Of a DNA stretch of 64,000 nt, positions 1 through 9,546 are shown in pieces. Position numbers and translations under genes: made by a program. The notes under the pieces were generated by a model that was given only the letters and a program-made list of their open reading frames with translations, was not told the DNA's origin and made no database searches. The stretch covers positions 1,728,001-1,792,000 of the forward strand of contig CAXXLX010000001.1 of the NCBI GenBank assembly GCA_963665235.2, in the 5' to 3' direction. Source of the stretch: Candidatus Poribacteria bacterium (GTDB lineage: Bacteria; Poribacteria; WGA-4E; WGA-3G). The number at the start of each line of letters is the position of its first letter. Positions within the stretch are counted from its first letter, which is position 1.

Positions 1-235
1 AGGGTTCATGCGCTCTATCACGCCAATGCTCGCCAAGGGATGTACCGGGCTGGGGTGGTTTGAGCACGTCTTGTGCGGCACTTTGCCCAGCCTGTTCCTT
101 CAGCAGGTTTTTGGTTTCCTCACTTAAGACGATTTTCGGTTCGGTGTCGATATTCCGCTGTGTAAGTAGGAAAACACCGGCCATTGCAAGTATAACAATG
201 AGGCCAGCGAGCCCCCAGCTCCATTTCCATTTCAT
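1..235 (-). CDS. Membrane-anchored hypothetical protein (3' end runs off window)
   Basis: Translated by hand (absent from ORF track): AGGAG RBS, then MKWKWSWGLAGLIVILAMAGVFLLTQRNIDTEPKIVLSEETKNLL...KPPQPG, open to position 1; N-terminal TM helix. Confidence 0.65.
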   Translation of the reverse strand, partial: MKWKWSWGLAGLIVILAMAGVFLLTQRNIDTEPKIVLSEETKNLLKEQAGQSAAQDVLKPPQPGTSLGEHWRDRAHEP

Positions 236-307
236 GAGAAATTTCTCCTATGGTTTGTGACATGTCCTCCTTGGGGTGTCGTTTGTATAATGAAAACGGA
301 TATGCCA

Positions 308-544
308 CTATTTCACAGTGTACCGCGTGCAGGGAGGGGGGACCGAGTCAGGTTCCGGACAAGGCATTTCTTGTTTCCCTATTGTACACTCTGGAACCCG
401 TATCCATTCTGGACAGGGGATATCTGTCTGTGTCACATCCATACTTTGGATCATTATAGCACAAAACAGCAGTATCCTGAAACAACAAAATATGAAATAA
501 ACAAATGATAGATTAAGAAAATTTCCCTCTAGTTTGCGACACAC
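308..544 (-). CDS. Small Cys/Pro-rich peptide with hydrophobic N-region (start uncertain)
   Basis: IPCPEWIRVPECT and MPCPEPDSVPPPCTR motifs resemble the C-terminus of 565..753; GTG start with weak RBS. Confidence 0.3.
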   Translation of the reverse strand: MCRKLEGNFLNLSFVYFIFCCFRILLFCAIMIQSMDVTQTDIPCPEWIRVPECTIGKQEMPCPEPDSVPPPCTRYTVK

Positions 545-564
545 TCATGTAGACCTGTCGTTTA

Positions 565-753
565 TTAACGTGTTAATGTACAAGGGGGTATCGCGGGACC
601 GCACGGAATACCGCTATCCGGGTTGCTGTTCCCATTGATCACCTTGAATATTCCAATGAGTATCACCGCAATAATGAGACTCACGCTGATTATAGCCCAG
701 CACCTCCGATACCCGGCTGTCTGCTTCAATTGGGATAGTTTACTGCTGTTCAT
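565..753 (-). CDS. Small membrane peptide with Cys/Pro tail
   Basis: GAGGTG RBS before ATG; TM segment WAIISVSLIIAVILIGIF; tail PDSGIPCGPAIPPCTLTR. Confidence 0.55.
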   Translation of the reverse strand: MNSSKLSQLKQTAGYRRCWAIISVSLIIAVILIGIFKVINGNSNPDSGIPCGPAIPPCTLTR

Positions 754-983
754 CTCTCACCTCTCTTTGGGGTAAGACGGACCCAAGCTAAGGGGTTAGG
801 TTTGTAAAGGCGAAATGCACATTTGTGGCTACTATTCCCGTTTAGATGCTGTCCATCACTTGTCTATATTCGGGTGCATCCCGTTTCCACTTCTCCGAAT
901 GCTGCTGCGTATGTCGCTAGCACCGAAGTGGATATCGACTTGGAACCCCCTGCTGGGTGTGTCGTGAACAGCACTTTTCACAA

Positions 984-1012
984 ATGATAACATGTCCTTT
1001 GTAAAATGTCAA
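984..1012 (-). promoter_or_regulatory. Sigma70-type promoter
   Basis: Minus strand TTGACA-17 nt-TATCAT. Confidence 0.6.
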
Positions 1013-1058
1013 TCAAAAACAGAATAGATGAACCATGACGATTCAACACAAATCACAT

Positions 1059-1748
1059 CTATTTTTCAGTAAGCAGTTGAATTAATTTGTTGCTTAACTG
1101 CTCTTCGGCTATCTCCGGGTATTTGGTTCTGAGCCGCTTTTTCAGCTCTTTTCTAGCCCGATGCACCCTAACCTCAACGTTGCCAACTTTCAGATTCAGC
1201 ATGTCGGCAATTTCTTTGGAAGACAACTCTTGGGCTATCAACTGCATCACGTCCCGCTGCTTTTTTGGAAGATTCGCTATCAAACCGTAGACGATTGATA
1301 GTTGTTCTTTATCCGTCGCGATACGCTCAGGCTGCGTGCTCTCAGGTTGCTGATACGGATATGATGCTTGAATCCCTATTTCCGCCAATCTGTTCCCAGA
1401 ACTGCTACCAGCGATTTCATGAACCTCCCATCTTAGCGGCTCTCTTTCCAGCTCTTTTCTCTGTGCTTCGAACCATTTTGCCCTTTTTCTTTCGGCAATG
1501 GTGAAAAGCCACGCTTTGAAACTTTTAGGTCTCCGAATTGTGCCTATCGATTTAAACGCTTCAAGGAGCGTATCTTGGGCGAGCTCTTCTGCATCCTCGT
1601 GCACGACGCCCTTGTTTTTGAAGAAACCGATAAGTTGTGGACGATATTTAAAATAGAGAGCATTCCATGCCGTTTCATCACCGGATTGGCAAGCTACTAC
1701 GTATTTTGCATCTTCTTCTGCATTCTTCTTGTCTGATTTCGATTCCAT
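1059..1748 (-). CDS. ECF RNA polymerase sigma factor
   Basis: Region 2 (GDETAWNALY...AEELAQDTLLEAF...FKAWLFTIA) and region 4 (LPKKQRDVMQL...SSKEIADML...VEVRVHRARKELK). Confidence 0.92.
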   Translation of the reverse strand: MESKSDKKNAEEDAKYVVACQSGDETAWNALYFKYRPQLIGFFKNKGVVHEDAEELAQDTLLEAFKSIGTIRRPKSFKAWLFTIAERKRAKWFEAQRKELEREPLRWEVHEIAGSSSGNRLAEIGIQASYPYQQPESTQPERIATDKEQLSIVYGLIANLPKKQRDVMQLIAQELSSKEIADMLNLKVGNVEVRVHRARKELKKRLRTKYPEIAEEQLSNKLIQLLTEK

Positions 1749-1898
1749 TGATTACTTTGGCATTATGAAATAATCACGTGTGCCTATTTTGTTAGGTTTA
1801 TTATAATAAGTGGCAAATTTTCTACAAAACCTTACAAAAATCTCATTTTTTAGGAGATGTTATTTTGTGAAATCCAAGATAGAAGTTGCATAATCCCT

Positions 1899-1947
1899 TT
1901 CCGCGTTTTCCGTGTTCTCCGCGCCTTCCGCGATTCAGACAAAAAAG
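1899..1947 (+). repeat. REP-like dispersed repeat family A (TCCGCG-rich...CGCGATTCAGACAAAAAA)
   Basis: Related copies at ~43907-43957 and, inverted, ~9367-9470. Confidence 0.7.
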
Positions 1948-1980
1948 ATGTAACATAAGGACAAAAACTTTACACACTCT

Positions 1981-2506
1981 GGGTGTGTAAAGTTTTTGTA
2001 CGTCTGCGATATTTTTTCTGAAGAAAAATCAAACCATTCGCAACTAACATAACAGAGAACCAAAACATTTTTCGGAGGCAAGCGGTGCGTTTGCAACTCA
2101 CCTGACCAGACATCGATAGCGAAAGTGTAACATTTCATTTTTTTTGGGAAATCGTCCAAGGGGGGTGTAAACGGCTTACAAAGCTATGCGTGGCGGGCGT
2201 TCAGACACATTCAGAACCGAGAACCAAATGTTACACTTTGTGTCAAAAGTGTAACATTTTCCCCTGAACCGGTGTCAAAAAGTAGGCGGCAGAACGGTAA
2301 GAAAAGTTGTCAGGAGTGATACCCGAAATCGGCGGTTGAAATGTCACAATGCGTTTTTTTTGTGTTGCGAAAAAGAGAGGTCGAAAACGCTTACAAACAT
2401 AGATGGGGCGTGCGTTCAGGCACATTCAGAACCGGAAACCAAATGTTACACTTTGTGTCAAAAGTGTAACTTATGCACCGGTTTTGTACAAAAACTTTAC
2501 GCACCC
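1981..2506. mobile_element. MITE (non-autonomous), 21-bp TIRs, 9-bp target-site duplication
   Basis: Left end GGGTGTGTAAAGTTTTTGTAC, right end GTACAAAAACTTTACGCACCC (1 mismatch); ACACACTCT flanks both sides (1972-1980, 2507-2515); no credible ORF inside. Confidence 0.8.
2169..2470 (+). repeat. Two ~87-bp direct repeats inside the MITE, each ending in a palindrome
   Basis: 2169-2255 and 2384-2470; both end in GTTACACTTT-GTGTCA-AAAGTGTAAC. Confidence 0.85.
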
Positions 2507-2522
2507 ACACACTCTTAATTGC

Positions 2523-2551
2523 TTGATTTATTTGAAAAAATATGATAGAAT
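2523..2551 (+). promoter_or_regulatory. Sigma70-type promoter
   Basis: TTGATT-17-TAGAAT with extended TG, upstream of the 2593 CDS. Confidence 0.5.
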
Positions 2552-2592
2552 AGGTATCAATAAAACAGATTTAGATTCATAGGAGATTTTTC

Positions 2593-3183
2593 ATGGGTGT
2601 AGCATACACATCGGCAATTGCCGAAGTTATAGAAAAATTAGAGGCGGGCAATCCGCTGCCCCCGCTTGTTCCAGAAAACCCGTGTCATGCTGAATTGACA
2701 GGGACGCTGCAAGACCTGTCGCTTGATGACCTTTTCGAAGGGGAATCGCTAAAAAATGCAACCTTCGGAGAGGCACTGAAAAGCGGTCTGCTGCTCTGGA
2801 ACGATGCCTTAGACGCTTCACATAACATTTCGCAGGGGTTAGGGAACAACACGGGCAGCTATTGGCACGGTATTATGCATCGGCGGGAGCCGGATTACAG
2901 CAACGCGAAATATTGGTTCGGTCGGGTCGGAAATCATCCGATTTTTCCTGCACTTCGCGAACGCGCGGTAGCACTTTTGGAAGAAACACCGAACCGCTCG
3001 GATGCACTCACAGCTATTGCACAAACTATTGAGACACAAGAACACTGGGATGCATACCAATTTATCGATTGGTGCCAAGCCGCTGAAAATGAGTCCACTG
3101 CTGACGTAACCCATTTCTTGCAACAGGTACAGGCAGAAGAGATTAAACTGCTACTGGCGTATTCCTATCAGAACGCGCTGTAG
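2593..3183 (+). CDS. Conserved hypothetical protein
   Basis: AGGAG RBS; motif [20 protein letters not shown]. Confidence 0.8.
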   Translation: MGVAYTSAIAEVIEKLEAGNPLPPLVPENPCHAELTGTLQDLSLDDLFEGESLKNATFGEALKSGLLLWNDALDASHNISQGLGNNTGSYWHGIMHRREPDYSNAKYWFGRVGNHPIFPALRERAVALLEETPNRSDALTAIAQTIETQEHWDAYQFIDWCQAAENESTADVTHFLQQVQAEEIKLLLAYSYQNAL

Positions 3184-3282
3184 CGGATGTGTCCAAATCA
3201 ACGCCATAAGTGCATGGCAGAAGGCACGTATGGAAACCTACTACATGATTCTGCCAAACCTTAGAACTGAAGGAGGATAACG

Positions 3283-4266
3283 ATGTTTTTCCGAAATAAA
3301 CCCACCTGGTGTTATCTTGTTATGCTATTGGCGGGGGGTCTCCTGCTAAGCTCCTGTGTACCCACGACGCTTGATACCGCAGGAACAGATAAGCGTCCAG
3401 CCGCCGAGAAGTATATGGAGATTAAGACACTCAATGAAACAGTTTCAAATAGCGACGAACTGGCCGCTGCGGATACGCTAATCCAGAAATCGAAGGCTTT
3501 TGTTAATCGGCATCCAAAATATGAGCAGGTAGATGAGGTCTACCATATTCTCGGCACCACGTTAATTTCGTTTGAACGCACCGAAGAGGGGATTGCTGTC
3601 TTGGAAGAACTGATTAAATACTATCCAACTGCGGACTACGCTGAGAAGGGTATGTTGGCGTTAGGGTTAGCGTACGACAAAACCAAACAGCATAATAAAG
3701 CAGATGTTGTCTACAAAAAGTTGGTGAGAAAATTCCCATTCAAGGATAGCGGTAAGGCTGCCCAGCGGCTGCTTGAAAAAGAGTGGAGCGCGCGAACAGG
3801 CGAATCGCCAATACCAACTGGCAACCGCTCAGACCCAAACGCATGGGTTGGAAAACCGGCACCCGATTTTCAGGTGGCGACTTTGACCGGCGAAGACCTC
3901 TCGTTGGAGAAATATCGCGGGCAGGTTGTGCTGCTTGATTTCTGGGCAACATGGTGCGGCCCCTGTATCGCCGAGATGCCGAACGTTAAGAGAACTTACG
4001 AAAAATACAAAAATCAGAAATTTGAGATTATCGGTATCAGTTTAGACAGGTCAATGTCAGCACTTAAGGGGTATATTGATAAGGAAGGAATCGCGTGGCC
4101 CCAATATTTGGACAGCGGGAGCCGACTTGGCGATATGTACCAGGTGCGATCAATTCCGTCCACTTTCCTAATTGATGGTAAAGGGATTATCCGGAAGACA
4201 AATCTCCAGGGCGGCGCACTTGAGACTGCCGTTGGGGAATTGGTTCGGGCAAATCAGGCTCAGTAA
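3283..4266 (+). CDS. Lipoprotein: TPR-like domain + TlpA/ResA thioredoxin-like disulfide reductase
   Basis: Lipobox LLSSC; TPR-like helices; LDFWATWCGPC and cis-Pro loop IPSTFLID. Confidence 0.9.
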   Translation: MFFRNKPTWCYLVMLLAGGLLLSSCVPTTLDTAGTDKRPAAEKYMEIKTLNETVSNSDELAAADTLIQKSKAFVNRHPKYEQVDEVYHILGTTLISFERTEEGIAVLEELIKYYPTADYAEKGMLALGLAYDKTKQHNKADVVYKKLVRKFPFKDSGKAAQRLLEKEWSARTGESPIPTGNRSDPNAWVGKPAPDFQVATLTGEDLSLEKYRGQVVLLDFWATWCGPCIAEMPNVKRTYEKYKNQKFEIIGISLDRSMSALKGYIDKEGIAWPQYLDSGSRLGDMYQVRSIPSTFLIDGKGIIRKTNLQGGALETAVGELVRANQAQ

Positions 4267-4399
4267 GTCTGCGTGCGCGCGATATGTACCGGACAGTTTC
4301 GACGATACCGTAGCAGGCGCGAGAGAGTCCGCCTCGCGCCGCTACTTTTCCACACATCCGACACAAACACCCAGCCAAAACAACGCGATTTTTTGAAGA

Positions 4400-4595
4400 A
4401 AAATGAAACCGTTCGCAACTAATACCATTTTTATTAATTATTCTACCATTACCAGTTGTTAGAAATGAAACGGAGAACGGCACAAACTGGAAGTTTATGC
4501 TACAAGAAAGAGACATTTTCAATTAGAAATGGTATAACATGACAGAACGCCAAAGCTTTTTTCAAAGGAAAATGAAACCGTTCGCAACTAATACC
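4400..4595 (+). repeat. 27-bp exact direct repeat bracketing a family-B REP-like element
   Basis: AAAATGAAACCGTTCGCAACTAATACC at 4400-4426 and 4569-4595; 4422-4505 nearly identical to 43999-44118. Confidence 0.8.
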
Positions 4596-4609
4596 GAAGG
4601 AGGTTTACG

Positions 4610-6922
4610 ATGTTGTCCCGAAATAAGATAGACTCAAAGCAGAGAGAGAAGATAGGTTTCTGTGCACGCTTTATTAGCGTGCTCACATGCCTTGTGCTAA
4701 TAGGTTTTTGTGCTAATCTCGCCAGCGGGGCGGATTCGATGAAAACCGCTTACAAATATCAGGAAATTAAAGCACTCGCTAAAAAACTGGAGAAAAACCA
4801 GAGCGACTCTGAAGATTTAGAGACGTTGGCTGCGAAATCAAAAGCCTTTATTGCAGCACATCCGACATACAAACGCGTGGATGAGGTCTACTATGCCCTT
4901 GGCAACGTTTTGATAGAACTGGAAAAAGTTGAAGAGGGTGCTAAAGTTTTTGAACAACTGATTACGAAACACCCAGAGGCGCGAAAGGTTGAATCAGGAC
5001 TTTTAGGATTGGGCTTGGCTTACGACAAGCTCGGCAAACACGATAAAGCGGATGCGGTGTATAAAAAACTGATTGAGCATCCGAAATTCGGTTCGCGTTC
5101 TCAGGCGAAAATTGCTCAAAAAATTCTTGAACAGGATAAAGCGTCTCGAAAAGGCGAATCTCCGATACAGCCCCGGGCAAGTTCAGGCAGAACTGAATGG
5201 GTCGGTAAACCGGCACCCGATTTTGAGGTAACCGATTTGAAGGGTAAAAAACTTTCTTTGAAGAAATATCGCGGGCAGGTTGTGCTGCTTGACTTCTGGG
5301 CAACATGGTGCGGCCCCTGTATCGCCGAAGTCCCGAACGTGAAGGCGACTTACAAAAAATACAAAGACCAGAAGTTTCAAATCATCGGTATCAGCCTCGA
5401 TAACTCGAAAGCAGCACTTGAGAAATACATCGCGAAAGAAGGGCTCACATGGCATCACTATTTCGATGAAAGCGGAAAGTTGAGCACGTTATATAAGGTG
5501 TCGGGAATTCCATCCACTTTTCTGATTGACGGTGAGGGGGTTATCCGAAAGGCTGATCTCCGCGGGCACACGTTGGAAACTGCTGTCGCGGAATTGGTGA
5601 AAGAAAATCTCGCGAAACCTGCCGGGACCGCCGGCGACACCCCTGAGGCCGGTTCTAAATCGAAATCAATACCCGCAACAAAGCTGATTAAACCGAAAGG
5701 CGACCCCGCCAAACCGGCGGAGGCACGACCCAAGCCGGCTGAATGGGTCGGTAAACCAGCACCCGATTTTGAGGTAACCGATTTGAAGGGTAAAAAACTC
5801 GCCTTGAAAGATTATCGTGGGCAGGTTGTGCTGCTTGACTTCTGGGCAACATGGTGCGGCCCCTGTATCGCCGAGATGCCTAAAGTGAAAAAGGCTTACG
5901 AAAAATACAAAGAGCAGAAATTTCAAATCATCGGTATCAGCCTCGACAGGTCGCAACCCCCCCTTGATGCCTATATTGAGAAAGAGGGGCTTGCATGGCA
6001 TAACTACTGGGATAAAAGCCGTGAGGTGCGGAATCTATATAAGGTGTGGGGAATTCCAACAACCTTTTTGATTGACGGTGAAGGGGTTATCCGAAAGGCA
6101 TCCCTCGGCGGCTCTGACATTGAAACCGCTATTGCAGAATTGGTAAAGGAAAATCTCGCGAAACAGGCTGATTCCACTAAAGACACGCCTGTCGATTCTC
6201 CGGAAGAAACAGAAAAAAGTATTGAGGCTACTGTCGATGCAAAAGCACAAAAAATTATCGATGCCGCTGTCGATGCACACGGCGGACTTGAGAAACTACA
6301 AGCCGTGAAAAGCATTGTAATGGTATACCGTAGCTTGGAATACCACCCGGATGACAGTATAGACGATGAAGGCATAACAAAGATATACCGCTACCCTGAC
6401 AAATTCCGCAGTGATTGGTATTGGAATGACGAGGTACGGAGCCTTATCTTCGATGGCAATTCGGTGTTTATGATAGAAGAAGATGGAGAAATCGAACATG
6501 CACCCCCTGATGCGGCTAAAGACGTTATAGACTACTATAAAAATACCGATTTCAGGGAAGCAATTTGGCCGCTGACAACACTCCTAAAAAAGGATGTCAA
6601 CGTTCAATATGTGGGCACGGAAAAGGTGAAAGGTGTTCCCGCATCTGTCCTGCTGGTTACAGAGCCTTCCGGAAAAGAGAGCAAATTCTTCATTAGCGAA
6701 AAGACCCATTATGTAGTCAAGAAGGATTATAGCATGGGGAGGGGTGAGGAAGCGATGGACGCGGTAACGTACTTAAGCGATTATCGGGATGTCGATGGCA
6801 TTAAAATCCCGCACCATACTGCCACAAAAACCTTTGAACATCGCGAAATTATCATTACGGAGATTACATTAAACGCTGACATTGACGAAGCACTGTTCAA
6901 ACCTAATCAGGAGAAACCATGA
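4610..6922 (+). CDS. Secreted protein: TPR + two TlpA thioredoxin domains + C-terminal LolA-like/lipoprotein-sorting domain
   Basis: Signal peptide; two FWATWCGPC motifs; C-terminal AHGGLEKLQAVKS...SDYRDVDGIKIPH...NADIDEALFKP. Confidence 0.85.
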   Translation: MLSRNKIDSKQREKIGFCARFISVLTCLVLIGFCANLASGADSMKTAYKYQEIKALAKKLEKNQSDSEDLETLAAKSKAFIAAHPTYKRVDEVYYALGNVLIELEKVEEGAKVFEQLITKHPEARKVESGLLGLGLAYDKLGKHDKADAVYKKLIEHPKFGSRSQAKIAQKILEQDKASRKGESPIQPRASSGRTEWVGKPAPDFEVTDLKGKKLSLKKYRGQVVLLDFWATWCGPCIAEVPNVKATYKKYKDQKFQIIGISLDNSKAALEKYIAKEGLTWHHYFDESGKLSTLYKVSGIPSTFLIDGEGVIRKADLRGHTLETAVAELVKENLAKPAGTAGDTPEAGSKSKSIPATKLIKPKGDPAKPAEARPKPAEWVGKPAPDFEVTDLKGKKLALKDYRGQVVLLDFWATWCGPCIAEMPKVKKAYEKYKEQKFQIIGISLDRSQPPLDAYIEKEGLAWHNYWDKSREVRNLYKVWGIPTTFLIDGEGVIRKASLGGSDIETAIAELVKENLAKQADSTKDTPVDSPEETEKSIEATVDAKAQKIIDAAVDAHGGLEKLQAVKSIVMVYRSLEYHPDDSIDDEGITKIYRYPDKFRSDWYWNDEVRSLIFDGNSVFMIEEDGEIEHAPPDAAKDVIDYYKNTDFREAIWPLTTLLKKDVNVQYVGTEKVKGVPASVLLVTEPSGKESKFFISEKTHYVVKKDYSMGRGEEAMDAVTYLSDYRDVDGIKIPHHTATKTFEHREIIITEITLNADIDEALFKPNQEKP

Positions 6923-7039
6923 TGCGTTTAAGTTTGATGGCAATCGTAACCGTCTATATGAGTATATCCGCCGGTACCGCGCTGGTTTTGTAGTTGCGTT
7001 AATCCTACTGTCGCTTCGGAGCATGCATGAGGAGAAGCA

Positions 7040-8143
7040 ATGGCACACGTTACGTTGAACAGGGTCACCAAAGTTTACGAGGGTGATGTCCTTGCAGTTG
7101 AAGAAGCAGATTTTGAGATTCCGGATGAATCGTTTACCGTGCTTGTCGGTCCGTCAGGCTGCGGCAAATCGACCATTTTGCGGATGCTCGCCGGGCTGGA
7201 GGCGGTGACCGAAGGGGATATCTATATCGATGGCGAACGTGTTAACGACATTCCACCTAAAGATAGGGATATCGCCATGGTCTTTCAAAACTACGCGCTG
7301 TATCCGCACATGACGGTGTATAAAAATATGGCGTTCGGACTGAAGCTGCGCAAATACCCGAAAGCGGAGATAGCGCAGCGCGTCAACGAGGCTGCGGAGA
7401 TTCTAAGCATTTCGCATCTATTGAACCGCAAACCGAAACATCTCTCCGGGGGCGAACGTCAACGCGTGGCAGTCGGAAGGGCAATTGTTCGACAGCCGAA
7501 GGTATTTCTATTTGATGAACCGTTGAGCAATCTCGATGCAAAGCTGCGTGTGCAAATGCGGATGGAAATTAGCCGCCTGCATGACCGACTGAACGCTACC
7601 ATCGTTTACGTCACACACGACCAAGTAGAAGCGATGACAATGGGTGACCAGATAGTCGTGCTCAATACGGGAAAAATCCAGCAGATAGCCGACCCTGGAA
7701 CGCTCTATCACAACCCCGCTAATCAATTTGTCGGCGGTTTCATCGGCACACCCCCGATGAATTTTATTGAGACACATATTGTCAATAACGGCGGCAATCC
7801 GACACTCCAGTTTGAAACCTTTGAGATTGAATTGAATACACACCTGCGCGCAGCCCTGGATGGATTTCCGGGCGATTCAGTGACGCTCGGCATCCGACCG
7901 GAGGACATTCATGTCAGTGAAGATGGGACATTTAGCACAAACCAGGTCTTAACACAGGTGGAACTTGTTGAACCGCTCGGAAACCAGGCACTCCTGTACC
8001 TACGGACAGAAAAGAACAATTTCGTTGCCCAATCTGCCCTCGTCGATATGCCACAGCACAACACACCGCTAACGGTCAACTTCAACATAGATAAAGCGCA
8101 CCTATTTCACCCAGAGACAGGCGACTCGTTGACAGCAGCTTAG
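7040..8143 (+). CDS. Sugar ABC transporter ATP-binding protein (MalK/UgpC family)
   Basis: GPSGCGKS, FQNYALYPH, LSGGERQR, DEPLSNLD, VTHDQ; C-terminal TOBE domain. Confidence 0.95.
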   Translation: MAHVTLNRVTKVYEGDVLAVEEADFEIPDESFTVLVGPSGCGKSTILRMLAGLEAVTEGDIYIDGERVNDIPPKDRDIAMVFQNYALYPHMTVYKNMAFGLKLRKYPKAEIAQRVNEAAEILSISHLLNRKPKHLSGGERQRVAVGRAIVRQPKVFLFDEPLSNLDAKLRVQMRMEISRLHDRLNATIVYVTHDQVEAMTMGDQIVVLNTGKIQQIADPGTLYHNPANQFVGGFIGTPPMNFIETHIVNNGGNPTLQFETFEIELNTHLRAALDGFPGDSVTLGIRPEDIHVSEDGTFSTNQVLTQVELVEPLGNQALLYLRTEKNNFVAQSALVDMPQHNTPLTVNFNIDKAHLFHPETGDSLTAA

Positions 8144-8155
8144 AGCGGCTGACAA

Positions 8156-9223
8156 CTACAGAAGTGCTTGGAGCTGCTGCCACGTCTCTGTGTCTATCGG
8201 AATGCCTTCCCGTTCCCGTTTGTGCTGTTCCTGCCAACCGCGTTCCCCCGGCACTCGAATTTCGTCAAATCCAGCAGCACGTTTTGCCGATTTCAGATAT
8301 GCTATAAACCGTTCTATCTCGGCACTGAACCCCGGAAACGTTCTAAAACTGGCGACGTTAATCACGAACACGAATAGTCCGTTGCCGACGCGTGCATCTT
8401 CGCTACGACTACACCCTGCCCCCGTTAGAGCTCCTGCAAGAATATCCACAATCACACTGAGACCGAATCCTTTGTGTGCGGCAATCCCGCCGAACGGCAG
8501 TAGTGCCGCAGGCGGTATTCCGTAGAAATCGGCGGCATGTGTCGTTGGCTGCCCCGCCGCGTCAATGAGCCATCCGTGTGGCAGTGCCTCGTTCTGATGC
8601 TGTTTGACACGAATCTTTCCAGACGCAACAACGCTCGTAGACATATCCAAAACAATTTCAGTTCTGCGGGTTCGACCTGAACGTGCCTCGGTGCCACTCG
8701 TCGAAGATGTTTTGACTAACGGGACTGCACATGCAATCGGATTGGTAGAGAGCCGCCCTTCAATCCCGCCGTGCGGTGCAACGCACGTGCCGCCTCCGTG
8801 GTCGTTCGCCATGAGCATCCCAATCATCTCGGCATCCGCTGCGAGACATGCATATCCGCCTAATCTGCCCACCTCATTGCATCGCGACACAGCAACGGCA
8901 CTGATATCTGTCTGTTTCGCCTTCTGAATTGCCAACGCAACGGCATGCGTCGCAATCACGGGGCCGAATCCCCAATTGCCATCTAATACCGCAATGGATG
9001 CGGATTCGTGAAGTGTTTCTATCGGTGCCCCGGGCTGGATTAACCCCGCTTCCAATTCCTTCACATATTTCGGTAGATGAATAACCCCGTGTGAGTCGTG
9101 TCCGACAAGATTTGCCTCCACCATGGAACGGGTTACAATTTCCGCTTCTGCTGCGGGGATGTTCCGTTTTTGAAAGACGTTGAGACAAATAGTGGTGAGT
9201 TCTTCTGCTGTCCTATTTGGCAT
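8156..9223 (-). CDS. Ldh_2 family (malate/L-lactate/sulfolactate) oxidoreductase
   Basis: GHDSHGV, STNPI, LDMSTS, HKGFGL, VPGE; start moved to MPNRT (AAGGAG RBS; TTGACA-17-TAAAAT at 9280-9252). Confidence 0.9.
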   Translation of the reverse strand: MPNRTAEELTTICLNVFQKRNIPAAEAEIVTRSMVEANLVGHDSHGVIHLPKYVKELEAGLIQPGAPIETLHESASIAVLDGNWGFGPVIATHAVALAIQKAKQTDISAVAVSRCNEVGRLGGYACLAADAEMIGMLMANDHGGGTCVAPHGGIEGRLSTNPIACAVPLVKTSSTSGTEARSGRTRRTEIVLDMSTSVVASGKIRVKQHQNEALPHGWLIDAAGQPTTHAADFYGIPPAALLPFGGIAAHKGFGLSVIVDILAGALTGAGCSRSEDARVGNGLFVFVINVASFRTFPGFSAEIERFIAYLKSAKRAAGFDEIRVPGERGWQEQHKREREGIPIDTETWQQLQALL

Positions 9224-9546
9224 TCCGCTGCTCCTTGTCTGATATACCGCTATTTTATACGTTCCTGTTAGCATTGTCAAGCGCGAATCTATTCAGGGGT
9301 GTATAAGGTTTTTGTACAAAGGATAGATGGAAGGATGGAAGAGTGGAAGGGCGGATTTCGCGTGTGTTGTCTGAATCACAGAGGACACAGAGAACACAGA
9401 GAGCGCGGAAAAAGAGGTTTTTTGCTAACATCTAACCATTTTGTGTCTAAATCGCGGATTACACAGAGGACGATGAAAGAGGAATTAGCATACCATAAAC
9501 CATTTCCAGCAGGAGTGCCTAATCTGGGAGCCAACGTACTTTACAA

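Noticed and set aside
2169-2470. Possible CRISPR array for the type III module
   Set aside because: Only two copies, ~87 bp long and 215 bp apart, inside a TIR/TSD-bounded element; not repeat-spacer geometry
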